From an uncultured Verrucomicrobiae bacterium (GTDB taxonomy: Bacteria > Verrucomicrobiota > Verrucomicrobiia > Chthoniobacterales > JAATET01): 64,000 nt of DNA. Location of the stretch: the NCBI GenBank assembly GCA_963719495.1, contig CAVRCI010000013.1:352001-416000 (forward strand). Direction: 5' to 3'. Both the position numbers and the translations under genes were made by a program. The notes beneath the pieces are model-generated. The model saw only the letters and a list, made by a program, of their open reading frames with translations, had not been told where the DNA came from and did no database searches. This document shows, in pieces, positions 41,826-51,252 of the stretch. Within the stretch, counting starts at the first letter, position 1, and the number at the start of each line of letters is the position of its first letter.

Positions 41826-43321
41826 CCCGCGAAAGCCCACAACCGCCCGCCGCCGAGCCCGAATCCGACGGCCGCCCCCGCCACGAGTGCGGCGTCTTCG
41901 CCGTCTTCAATCACCCGAACGCCTCGACGCTCAACTACTACGGCCTCTTTGCCCTCCAGCACCGCGGCCAGGAGAGCGCCGGCATCGCCTCCACCGTCGG
42001 TTCCGGAGCGCCCTTCCTCACCCACAAAGGCATGGGCCTCGTCTCCGGCGTTTTCGGCAACGACGCCCTCGACCACATTCAAGGCACCCGCGCCATCGGC
42101 CACGTCCGCTACTCCACCACCGGTTCCAGCAACCTTAAAAACGCCCAACCCCTCGTCGTCGACACCGCCCGCGGTCAGCTCGCCGTCGCCCACAACGGCA
42201 ACCTCGTCAACGCCGCCCAACTCCGCCTCGAACTCGAAAGCGAAGGCTCCATTTTCCAGACCACCGTCGACAGCGAGATCGTCCTCCACCTCCTCGCCAA
42301 GCCCGACAAAACCGCCAGCCCCCTCGCCGCCCTCCGCCGCCTCGAAGGCGCCTTCTCCATGGTCATCATGGGCGAGCACGAGATCATCGGCGTCCGCGAT
42401 CCCCACGGCTTCCGCCCCCTCTCGCTCGCCAAACTCGACGGCGCCTACGTCCTGTCCTCCGAGACCTGCGCCTTCGATCTGATCCACGCCGAATTCATCC
42501 GCGAGATCGAGCCCGGCGAAGTCGTCATCATCGACGAGAAGGGCATCCGCTCCGAGTGGCCCTTCCGCCGAGCGCGCAAATCCTTCTGCATCTTCGAATA
42601 CGTCTACTTCGCCCGCCCCGACAGCACCATCGACGACATGAACGTCAAGGAAGTCCGCGTCCAGATGGGCCGCGAACTCGCCCGCCTCCACCCCGTCGAC
42701 GCCGACATCGTCGTCCCCGTCCCCGACTCCGGCATCTACGCCGCCCTCGGCTTCTCCAACGAACTCAACATCCCCTTCGACCTCGCCTTCGTCCGCAACC
42801 ACTACATCGGCCGCACCTTCATCCAGCCCACCCAGCTCATCCGCGACTTCAACGTCCGGGTCAAGTTGAACCTCATCGGCGAAGCCGTCCGCGGCAAACG
42901 CGTCGTCGTCGTCGACGACTCCGTCGTCCGCGGCACCACCGCCCGGGCCCGCGTCGTGAATCTCCGCGAAGCCGGCGCCACCGAAGTCCACCTCCGAGTC
43001 TCCTGCCCCCCCCACAAACACGCCTGTTACTACGGCATCGACTTCCCCGACCCCGAGAAGCTGATCGCGAATCAAATGACGATCGAGCAGATCCGCGACT
43101 ACCTCGGAGCCGACAGCATCGGCTACCTCGACGTCGACAGCATGGTCGCCGCCACCGGCCTACCCGAGTCCAACTTCTGCATCGCCTGTTTCAACGGCCA
43201 ATACCCGCTCCCCTACGACGAATCCTTCGACAAGCTATTCATGGAAAAGCGCCGCCACCAAGCCCGCCTCTTGGAACCCGAAACCAACCAACCCCCCCTC
43301 TTCCCAGAAAGACTCTCCTAG
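41822..43321 (+). CDS. purF: Amidophosphoribosyltransferase
   Basis: ECGVF after the propeptide; QHRGQE, GHVRYST, HNGN and VDDSVVRGTT motifs. Confidence 0.98.
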   Translation: MTRESPQPPAAEPESDGRPRHECGVFAVFNHPNASTLNYYGLFALQHRGQESAGIASTVGSGAPFLTHKGMGLVSGVFGNDALDHIQGTRAIGHVRYSTTGSSNLKNAQPLVVDTARGQLAVAHNGNLVNAAQLRLELESEGSIFQTTVDSEIVLHLLAKPDKTASPLAALRRLEGAFSMVIMGEHEIIGVRDPHGFRPLSLAKLDGAYVLSSETCAFDLIHAEFIREIEPGEVVIIDEKGIRSEWPFRRARKSFCIFEYVYFARPDSTIDDMNVKEVRVQMGRELARLHPVDADIVVPVPDSGIYAALGFSNELNIPFDLAFVRNHYIGRTFIQPTQLIRDFNVRVKLNLIGEAVRGKRVVVVDDSVVRGTTARARVVNLREAGATEVHLRVSCPPHKHACYYGIDFPDPEKLIANQMTIEQIRDYLGADSIGYLDVDSMVAATGLPESNFCIACFNGQYPLPYDESFDKLFMEKRRHQARLLEPETNQPPLFPERLS

Positions 43322-43567
43322 ACCCCAACGCAACCAACCCACCCGAAGCGCCCCAAACGCCCCCCCCTCCAAACCCTGTCATTCTGAGCGAAGCGAAGAG
43401 CCATCGACAGCCTCTCACTTTGAAACCCGTCACTGAGAGGCAATCTCTGGCTTACACTAAAACACCAAGCGCCACCGTCCCCAGCCGCATCCGAATACCA
43501 ATCCGGCCATTCAGATCAGGGCAGATCGCAACCAAGCACCCGCCACGCCCCACGCACCGCCACTCCG

Positions 43568-44626
43568 ATGCCGAAAAATCCGAAATCCGAAATCCGAAAT
43601 CCGAAATCGAAAAAGGCCTACGCCACCGCCGGCGTCGACGTCGACTTGGGTAACAAGGTCAAACGCGGCATCCAGCGCCAGGTCCGCTCCACCCACGGCC
43701 CCGAAGTCCTCGGTCAGATCGGCGGTTTCGGCGGCCTCTTCCAGCCTGACCTCACCGGCATGGCCGAGCCCGTTCTCGTCTCCAGCGTCGACGGTGTCGG
43801 CACCAAGCTCAAGGTCGCCTTCCTCACCGGCCGCCACGACACCATCGGCCAGGACCTCGTTAATCACTGCATCAACGACATCGCCGTCATCGGAGCCAAG
43901 CCCCTCTTCTTCCTCGACTACCTCGCCAGCGCCAGCCTCGACCCCGCCATCTTCTCCGAGATCCTCAAGGGCTTCGCCAAAGCCTGCCGCGAAGGCGGCT
44001 GCGCCCTCATCGGCGGCGAAACCGCCCAGATGCCCGGCATGTATCAGGCTGGCGAATACGACGTCGCCGGCACCATCGTCGGCATCGTCGACCGGCCTAA
44101 AATGCTCGACGGCTCCCGCGTCACCCCCGGCGACGTCCTCCTCGGCCTCCCGTCGAACGGCCTCCACACCAACGGCTACTCCCTCGCCCGCGACGTCCTC
44201 TTCCGCCAGCTCAAGCTCAAGCCCGAGTCCATGGTCGAAGGCATCAACGGCACGTTGGCGAGCGAACTCCTGAAAGTTCACAAAAACTATCAACCCCTCA
44301 TGGCCAGCCTCCCCGAGGGCACGCTCAAAGCCGCCGCCCACATCACCGGCGGCGGCCTCGTCGACAACCTCCCCCGCGTCCTGCCGCGCAAGTGCAACGC
44401 CGTCGTCGACACGACGACCTGGACCGTCCCCCCCATCTTCACCCTCATCGGTGAAGGCGGCAAAGTCCCCACCGACGAGATGCACCAAGTCTTCAACATG
44501 GGCATCGGCATGGTCCTCATCGTCTCCGAAAAGGACGCCCCCGCCATCGCCAAAAAGACGAGAGCCAAACCCATCGGCCACATCACCAAAGGCACCGGCA
44601 AAGTCCGCCTTGTCGCTGGCTCCTGA
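43568..44626 (+). CDS. purM: Phosphoribosylformylglycinamidine cyclo-ligase
   Basis: YATAGVD, GGFGGLF, DGVGTK, GGETAQMPG and HITGGG motifs. Confidence 0.98.
   Translation: MPKNPKSEIRNPKSKKAYATAGVDVDLGNKVKRGIQRQVRSTHGPEVLGQIGGFGGLFQPDLTGMAEPVLVSSVDGVGTKLKVAFLTGRHDTIGQDLVNHCINDIAVIGAKPLFFLDYLASASLDPAIFSEILKGFAKACREGGCALIGGETAQMPGMYQAGEYDVAGTIVGIVDRPKMLDGSRVTPGDVLLGLPSNGLHTNGYSLARDVLFRQLKLKPESMVEGINGTLASELLKVHKNYQPLMASLPEGTLKAAAHITGGGLVDNLPRVLPRKCNAVVDTTTWTVPPIFTLIGEGGKVPTDEMHQVFNMGIGMVLIVSEKDAPAIAKKTRAKPIGHITKGTGKVRLVAGS
43576..43609 (+). repeat. Heptamer tandem repeat (AAATCCG)x4+ in the purM 5' end
   Basis: Encodes NPKSEIRNPKS; a related (CAATCCG)x4 lies at 48961-48992. Confidence 0.9.
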
Positions 44627-44644
44627 CCGCTCTAGCGTCCCGCC

Positions 44645-44836
44645 ATGGCAAAAAAAAAGCTGATCCCAGCTCTGCCAGCGGCAAAAAACCGAACCCGCCT
44701 CAGCGAAGCCGAGAGGATCCTCTTCGAACGAAGCCTCGCCGCCACCCCCGACGAGCGGTGGGCGCTCCACGAAAACTTCCTCCGCTCGCACGGCTTGTTC
44801 GAGCACTCGAAGCGGAAGGCATTCGGTTTCAGATAG
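44645..44836 (+). CDS. Small hypothetical protein, putative nucleotidyltransferase partner
   Basis: 63 aa with SLAATPDERW; overlaps the downstream nucleotidyltransferase. Confidence 0.55.
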   Translation: MAKKKLIPALPAAKNRTRLSEAERILFERSLAATPDERWALHENFLRSHGLFEHSKRKAFGFR

Positions 44837-45243
44837 CCGGCATGTCGGCCGCGATCCTGCAAGGGACTCCCGCCACCACCCTCGACACCGACATCTGGGT
44901 CGACCTTCCCGAGCGCCAATACGTTCGCCTCCTCGACCTCGCTCAGAAGCTCGATGCCACCATCCTCGCCCGCACCGTCATCGCTCTCAGCGACGACTCA
45001 CTCGTGAATTTTCTCTACCGCGTCGACGGACTCCAAACCTTCGACGCTGAATGGAAACGCGCCGTCCGACTCACTTGGAACGGCACCGAAGTCGCCGTTC
45101 TCCCGCTCACCCGCATCATCAAAAGCAAAGTCTTCTGCGCCCGCCCCAAAGACACCGCGCACCTTCCCCTTCTGCGAACCACCCTCCGACTCCTCCGCGC
45201 CCGCAAACAGGGCGCAACCATTCCCCCAAAGCTGTCATGCTGA
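44758..45243 (+). CDS. Pol-beta-like nucleotidyltransferase
   Basis: IAGMSAAILQG, TTLDTDIW and IIKSK....RPKDTAHL motifs. Confidence 0.75.
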   Translation: MGAPRKLPPLARLVRALEAEGIRFQIAGMSAAILQGTPATTLDTDIWVDLPERQYVRLLDLAQKLDATILARTVIALSDDSLVNFLYRVDGLQTFDAEWKRAVRLTWNGTEVAVLPLTRIIKSKVFCARPKDTAHLPLLRTTLRLLRARKQGATIPPKLSC

Positions 45244-45544
45244 GCAAAGCGAAGCATCTCTGATTTACACCTTCTCACCATCCGCCCCGCATCCTCATTT
45301 CGCGTATCCTCCGCGCCTCAGCGGAGAATCCTCACCCTCCACCCGCAATTGTATTGCCTTCGTTCCCCGCGATACTTTTTGTTCAAAGCCCGTAGTCCTA
45401 TTCCCATCGGCGGTGTTGACTCGGTCGCTCCCGCTCCTCTCGCCCTTCGGGCTGCATTCCAGAGCCAATGCAGTCTGCCCCGAGGCTTCCCAGCCTCCGG
45501 TGCTCTGTTCAAATCCAACCGTCCAATCCGCGTTGCGCCTCCCG

Positions 45545-46534
45545 TTGAAAAAGAAACCCGCCCTTGGCCTCGGTCTCGGCGTCGGCCTCCTCGGCACCGT
45601 CGCCCTCGCCGTCCGCTACCGCATGCAGCGCGCGATGCGGCAGCCGATCCCCGAGACGATTTCCCCCGCCATCTTCGCCACCCGCGTCGTTCCGACCTCC
45701 GTCGGCGAGATCGTCTACCACGTCTCCGGCTCCGGCGAGCCCATCATCTTCATCCACGGCACCTACCTCGGAGCTTCCTCCTTCGAATGGTCCCGCGTCT
45801 ACCCCGACTTCGCCGCCAACCACACCGTCATCGCCCCCGATTTGATTGGGTTCGGTGAATCCGAACGCCCCGCCCCCGGCCTCGACGCCGACGACCACGC
45901 CCTCGCCCTCGCCGAGCTCATCCGCGAACTCCTCCCCGGCCGCCGCCCCACCCTCGTCGCTTCTGGTGTCGGCGCCGCCGTCGCGCTCAAGCTCGCCGTC
46001 CAGCACCCCGAGCTCCCCCGCCAGCTCATCCTCTACGCCCCCGTCGGCCTCGACGCCACCCTCCGCCGCCTCCCGATGGGCATCGCCACCCTCGCCCGCA
46101 TCCCCGGCCTCAACGCCTTCGTTTACAAAAACTACTTCGCCCGCCGCCCCTTTATCCAATCCTGGTTGCAAAAAGTCGGATTCGCCGACCCCACCCTTCC
46201 CGCCGACGATATCGTCGACCTGCTCACCACCTGCGCCGCCCAATACGGAGCCGAGCACGCCCTCGTCGCCTTCCTCCGCGGCCGCGTCCTCTACGACGTC
46301 CGCACCCAGCTCACCCGGGTCGCCACCCCCGTCACCGTCCTCTGGCCCGACCTCCCCGACCGCTTCCCGACCGATTTCCCCGAGACCCTCCGCGCCGCCA
46401 TCCCCCGCTGCGAAATCGTCCCCGCCGACCCCCTCGGAGCCCTCGGAGCCCTCGAGAACCCCGCCCACCTCCGCGAACTGATCGAAAGCCGACTCTCCGG
46501 ATCAACCCCCGGAACCGCTGCGTTATCCAACTGA
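45545..46534 (+). CDS. Alpha/beta hydrolase fold protein
   Basis: N-terminal TM segment; IFIHG and APDLIGFGES. The nucleophile elbow reads ASGVG, which is atypical. Start position uncertain. Confidence 0.8.
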   Translation: MKKKPALGLGLGVGLLGTVALAVRYRMQRAMRQPIPETISPAIFATRVVPTSVGEIVYHVSGSGEPIIFIHGTYLGASSFEWSRVYPDFAANHTVIAPDLIGFGESERPAPGLDADDHALALAELIRELLPGRRPTLVASGVGAAVALKLAVQHPELPRQLILYAPVGLDATLRRLPMGIATLARIPGLNAFVYKNYFARRPFIQSWLQKVGFADPTLPADDIVDLLTTCAAQYGAEHALVAFLRGRVLYDVRTQLTRVATPVTVLWPDLPDRFPTDFPETLRAAIPRCEIVPADPLGALGALENPAHLRELIESRLSGSTPGTAALSN

Positions 46535-46744
46535 TAGCTAATCGCGGCATCGGAACGCTGCGGAAGGACTAGCCGCGGACCGTTGGAATCATAGTGAAAA
46601 AAAGTCGCGATGCGTGGTAACCATATCACCCGGGGACGACCACCAAATGAGCAAACACGTTGAATCATCGATCAAAGTCGGATCAAAAATGGTCCACTAC
46701 GAGCCAACTGGAACTGGTGAGTCCACCAACGGAGGTGCTGTCAA

Positions 46745-47494
46745 ATGGCGAGTGATCAATTCTGGCGGGAGATTGAAGATGCGGGCACCGAAAGCGGCGG
46801 ACTGGGTGACCTCGTGCGGCGGCTGGGAGGGATTCGAGAAGAGGGTTCACCAGTCGATTGGGCAGGACCTCGGGAGCGGACTGGTAACATACTCGAAAAA
46901 GTCCGTCTGCACTGCGGGCAAAGCTCAGAAATTGAGCGACGACTGACGGGGCTGCGATTCAAGCGCGGCGGAGCGGAACACGATCTCGTCAGGCTCGCTG
47001 ACGAACCGGGCCGGATTTTCAAGATGACCCATTCCGACTCGTTTGGGATTGTTTCCGAACTCTTCCGCGAAGACCCCGAGTTCTCCGGACGGCATTTCCA
47101 CGCCGGAGTCAATCCCGATCCTGTCCTCTATCTTCAGCGTTGGATGTTGCTCAACAGCCTGAGCGAATATCAAACCCGCTACGAGGGGATGTTACCTCCC
47201 GCGGCCAATTGCCACATTCCGAGAATCTGCGTCAGCCAACCGTTTGTCGGAGGGCCGGACGCCAACCCTCTTCTCATCCAAGATGGCTTCGCGACCTTGG
47301 AATTTTTCCAGGTCAGCCAGGATACTTTTCTGCGAGCCCCGGACCGCATCCTTCTATCCGACGCCGCCCCACGAAACGTTAAAGTCGCGGATCAGGTCCT
47401 GGTCCCGTTCGACGTTGTCGCCCAGATCGCGACGGAGGAGGTTATCGATTGGGCGACCCAACACCTATCCGCCGAGACCCCTTGGCGATCTTAG
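46745..47494 (+). CDS. Putative protein kinase resembling the polyvalent-protein kinase domain
   Basis: GGAEH, IFKMT, YLQRW.LLN, VSQPFV, DAAPRNV and PFD motifs; lies in a less GC-rich stretch. Confidence 0.6.
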   Translation: MASDQFWREIEDAGTESGGLGDLVRRLGGIREEGSPVDWAGPRERTGNILEKVRLHCGQSSEIERRLTGLRFKRGGAEHDLVRLADEPGRIFKMTHSDSFGIVSELFREDPEFSGRHFHAGVNPDPVLYLQRWMLLNSLSEYQTRYEGMLPPAANCHIPRICVSQPFVGGPDANPLLIQDGFATLEFFQVSQDTFLRAPDRILLSDAAPRNVKVADQVLVPFDVVAQIATEEVIDWATQHLSAETPWRS

Positions 47495-47576
47495 CGTCCT
47501 TCGCGCGAACCCTCACCCCGGATTTCCCTGCATCATTGCAATTCCGCGCCCCGCGACCCATAAACGCGCCTCGACC

Positions 47577-48878
47577 GTGAACGTCTCCGACCTCCGCGAA
47601 ATTCTCCAATACGTCCCGCGCTTCCGCGAACGCACCTTCGTCATCGCCGTCGACGGCGACATCGCCGCGTCCCCGAATTTCCCGAACATCCTCCTCGACC
47701 TCGCCGTCCTTCGCTCGCTCAGCATCCGCGCCGTCCTCGTCCACGGAGCGGGCAAACAGATCACCGAACTCGCCGCCGTCCGCGGCGTCGCGATCACCAA
47801 CGCCGACGGCACCGGCCTCACCGACGAACCCACCCTCGCCCTCGGCGTCGAAGCGTCCATCGGCCTCACCAACCGCATCATGGAGGGCCTCTCCGCCGTC
47901 GACCTCCGCGCCGCCTATCTCAACGCCATCATTGCCCACCCCGCCGGCATCCTGGCGGGCAAAGACCAGCTCTTCACGGGCAAGGTCGAGCGCGTCGACT
48001 CGAAAGCCCTCGAGCTCCTCCTCGAGGAAGGTATCGTCCCCGTCGTCCCCCCCCTCGGCTTCGACGGCGAAGGCCGCACCTATCGCGTGAACTCCGACGC
48101 CATCGCGGTCGAGATCGCCGAGGCCCTCCACGCCGCCAAGCTCATTTTCCTCACGACCGCCACCAACCTCGACGCCGCCACCTGGCTGCCCCACCAGCTC
48201 TCCATCGCCGAGACCACCACCCTCGTCCAGCGGCACCGCGCCACCACGCCACCCGCCCCCGCCGGCCTCCTTTCGAAACTCGAAAACGCCGCCCGCGCCT
48301 GTCGCCAGGGCATCTCCCGCGCCCACCTCCTCGACGGCACCGTCAACGAAGCCCTCCTCACCGAGATCTTCAGCCACGAAGGCTTCGGCACGATGGTCTA
48401 TTCGAACGAATACCAACAAATCCGCCGCATCTTCAAAAAGGACGTCCGCGGCATCATGACCCTCATCCGCCAGTCCGTGGACAACGAGGAACTCGTCCGC
48501 CGCACCCGCAACGAGATCCTCGAGAACCTCGAGGACTACTGGGTCCTCGAAATCGACCGCCAGCTCGTCGCCTGCGTCGCCCTCCACGTCCACGCCGCCG
48601 AGGCCAGCGGCGAGCTCGCCTGCCTCTACGTCAGCAAACACCACGAAAACCAAGGCTACGGGCGCAAACTGATGGCCTTCACCGAGACGCTCGCCCGGCA
48701 AAAGAAACTCACCAGCCTCTTCGCGCTCTCGACCCAGGCCTACAGCTACCTCCAGCAAAAAGGCGGATTCCTCGAAGCCACCGCCGACGACCTCCCCCCC
48801 GCCCGCCGCGCCCGCTACGACCAGAGCAACCGCAACAGCAAGGTCCTCCAAAAACGCCTCCCCCCCGCCAACGCGTGA
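47577..48878 (+). CDS. argA: Amino-acid N-acetyltransferase (N-acetylglutamate synthase)
   Basis: Amino-acid-kinase domain (LVHGAG, EIFSHEGFGT) fused to a GNAT domain (ELACLYV, QGYG, RNSKV). Confidence 0.93.
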   Translation: MNVSDLREILQYVPRFRERTFVIAVDGDIAASPNFPNILLDLAVLRSLSIRAVLVHGAGKQITELAAVRGVAITNADGTGLTDEPTLALGVEASIGLTNRIMEGLSAVDLRAAYLNAIIAHPAGILAGKDQLFTGKVERVDSKALELLLEEGIVPVVPPLGFDGEGRTYRVNSDAIAVEIAEALHAAKLIFLTTATNLDAATWLPHQLSIAETTTLVQRHRATTPPAPAGLLSKLENAARACRQGISRAHLLDGTVNEALLTEIFSHEGFGTMVYSNEYQQIRRIFKKDVRGIMTLIRQSVDNEELVRRTRNEILENLEDYWVLEIDRQLVACVALHVHAAEASGELACLYVSKHHENQGYGRKLMAFTETLARQKKLTSLFALSTQAYSYLQQKGGFLEATADDLPPARRARYDQSNRNSKVLQKRLPPANA

Positions 48879-48999
48879 ACCGCAAGCCAACGGGAGTGAG
48901 GACGGGACGTCCTAGCGAATGCATCCACGAGGACGGGACATCCCCGCTCCGCCGCGCGGCCAATCCGCAATCCGCAATCCGCAATCCGCAATTCACCTG

Positions 49000-50562
49000 A
49001 TGGACCCCATCCACACGAACTTCACTCTCCTCGACTGGGGCATCCTCATTGGCTACCTCGCGCTCACCACGCTCGTCGGCCACCTCATGCGCGGCAAGCA
49101 GGCGACCATCAAAGATTTCTTCCTGGCCGGCCGCTCGCTCCCGTGGCCGGCCGTCAGCGCCTCCATTATCGCCACCGAGATCAGCGCCCTCACGTTCATC
49201 GGCGTCCCCGGCATCGTCTTCGCCCTCGACGGCAACTTCACCTACCTCCAATGGGCCATCGGCTCAATCGTCGCCCGACTCATCGTCGGCATCTGGCTCA
49301 CCAAGGTCTACTACGAGCGCGAAATTTTCAGCCCCTACGACTACATGGCCCACCGCCTCGGCCCCGGCGTCAAGGTCCTCACCACCGCCATGTTCACGCT
49401 CGGCACCATCCTCGGCCAAAGCGTCCGCGTCCTCGTCACCGCTCTCATTCTTAAAACCGTCACGCCCCTCGGCATGACCGAATCCATCCTCGCGATTACC
49501 GCCTTCGCCATCGCCTGGACCCTCATGGGCGGCATGACGACCGTCATCTGGACGGACGCCATGCAGTTCGTCCTCTTCCTCTTCAGCGGCCTCCTCGCGC
49601 TCGGCTGGATCGTCGGCCACCTCGACGGCGGCTTCGACCAACTCCTCACCGTCGCCGGCGACGAGGGCAAAATGACGCTCTGGGATTTCTCCACCGATCC
49701 CGACGTCCAGTTCACCCTCTGGGTCGCCCTCATCGCGATGCCGTTCCAGAACCTCGCCGCCTTCGGCACCGACCAGCTCAACGCCCAGCGCATGTTCTGC
49801 TGCAAGAACGCCTCCGACGCCCGCAAAGCCATCATCTGCTCCTGCTTCTCGCAGGTCATCACCGTCCTCATGCTCATGGTCGGAGCCGGTCTCTTCGTTT
49901 GGTATCAGCAATTCGTCCCGACCCCCGCCGAGGCCGCCACGTTTGCCGAAGACGCTGACAACGTCTTCCCCGTCTGGATCACCACCGTCCTCCCACCCGG
50001 CCTCACCGGCCTCGTCCTCGCCGGAGCCTTCGCCGCCGCCATCTCCAGCCTTGACTCCGCCCTCGCGGCCCTCTCGCAGACCTCCATGTCCGTCATCCAC
50101 GGCGGAAAAGCCCTGGAAAGCGGCGACACGAAACGCCTCCTCCGCGACTCCCGGATCGCCGTCGTCGTCTGGGGCATCTTTCTGGCCGGAGCCGCCTTCG
50201 TCCTCTACGCGATCAAGAACTACGGCAACATCGACATCCTCAGCCTCGCCTTCGGAATGGTCGCCTACACCTACGGCCCCATGCTCGGCATCCTCGCCCT
50301 CGCCCTCGCCCGCGTCCCCGCCCGCATCGAAGGCCTCTGGCTCGGCGTCGGCCTGAGTTTGCTCCTCACCGCCGTCGTCCGCCCCGACTTCTACGTCATC
50401 TTCCGCAGTTTCGGCTGGATGTCCGCGGAGACGATGACCGCCGTCCGCCCCGCCATCAGCTTCGTCTGGCTCTACCCCATCACCTGCCTCCTCACCGTCA
50501 CCTGCGGCGCCCTCATCAGCCGCCAGCCTCCCGCGGAGAAGACGGTTTCCGACGTTCAGTAG
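49000..50562 (+). CDS. Sodium:solute symporter family transporter
   Basis: DFFLAGRSLPW, ATEISALTF, GGMTTVIWTD, GTDQ..AQR and AAAISSLDS motifs. Confidence 0.93.
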   Translation: MDPIHTNFTLLDWGILIGYLALTTLVGHLMRGKQATIKDFFLAGRSLPWPAVSASIIATEISALTFIGVPGIVFALDGNFTYLQWAIGSIVARLIVGIWLTKVYYEREIFSPYDYMAHRLGPGVKVLTTAMFTLGTILGQSVRVLVTALILKTVTPLGMTESILAITAFAIAWTLMGGMTTVIWTDAMQFVLFLFSGLLALGWIVGHLDGGFDQLLTVAGDEGKMTLWDFSTDPDVQFTLWVALIAMPFQNLAAFGTDQLNAQRMFCCKNASDARKAIICSCFSQVITVLMLMVGAGLFVWYQQFVPTPAEAATFAEDADNVFPVWITTVLPPGLTGLVLAGAFAAAISSLDSALAALSQTSMSVIHGGKALESGDTKRLLRDSRIAVVVWGIFLAGAAFVLYAIKNYGNIDILSLAFGMVAYTYGPMLGILALALARVPARIEGLWLGVGLSLLLTAVVRPDFYVIFRSFGWMSAETMTAVRPAISFVWLYPITCLLTVTCGALISRQPPAEKTVSDVQ

Positions 50563-50859
50563 CCGCAGACGGAAGCGGGGCGGGGACGTCTCGTCCCCGC
50601 GTTCGAATCGGGCGGGCGGGACGCCCCCGCCCCGTTTAGCCGATCTAATTATCCGGCTGGCGTCGAAATGCTCTCACCGATATTCCACGCCTCGTGGGAT
50701 GAAAATCGATCTCCGCCACCCACCGCAGACCCCCATAAAAGCGGCCCACCTTCCACGGTTTCGACCGGAAACCCCGAAGAAATCAGGTCCCCGACATCCG
50801 CTTCGTGCGGACACCCCCGAGCGCTCTTGATCTCCGCGTTGGTCAAGCCATTTTGCCCC

Positions 50860-51245
50860 GAAAAAGCGTCTTAAATTAAGGCGTTTTCGTCACTTTATCC
50901 TTGAGCCAATACCCCCCCATTTTTAGCCTCTCGGCGTCGTCCGGAAGGGACCGAAGGTCATTGTGAATAACTTGTGAAGTGTTCCTCTACTAAAACTCAC
51001 GACTGTTCCACGCCGCAAATCCTCACGGTCGACCCGCCACAACCCTCTCCCACCGCTCCCCAGCCCCACATTCCACGAATTCTTTCAAATCATGCTCGCA
51101 ATCAACACTTTACGCAATCCGCTTGCGCCCAACCGAGCGGGTCGTCTAGCGTCGGCAGCCGTGAATTTCGCCAAACGTGACGGAAACGTAACCCAAATCG
51201 AGTCCACTCGAGCCTCGGACCACCGAGTTTCCTGACTGTGCATAA
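50860..51245. promoter_or_regulatory. dnaA upstream region with two DnaA boxes (autoregulation or oriC candidate)
   Basis: TGTGAATAA (50962-50970) and TGTGCATAA (51237-51245) fit TTATNCACA on the minus strand; AT-rich imperfect palindrome at 50860-50887. Confidence 0.5.
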
Positions 51246-51252
51246 GTCACTT

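Noticed and set aside
45500..45520. tRNA gene
   Set aside because: Only a T-arm-like motif; no acceptor, D or anticodon arms found by eye.
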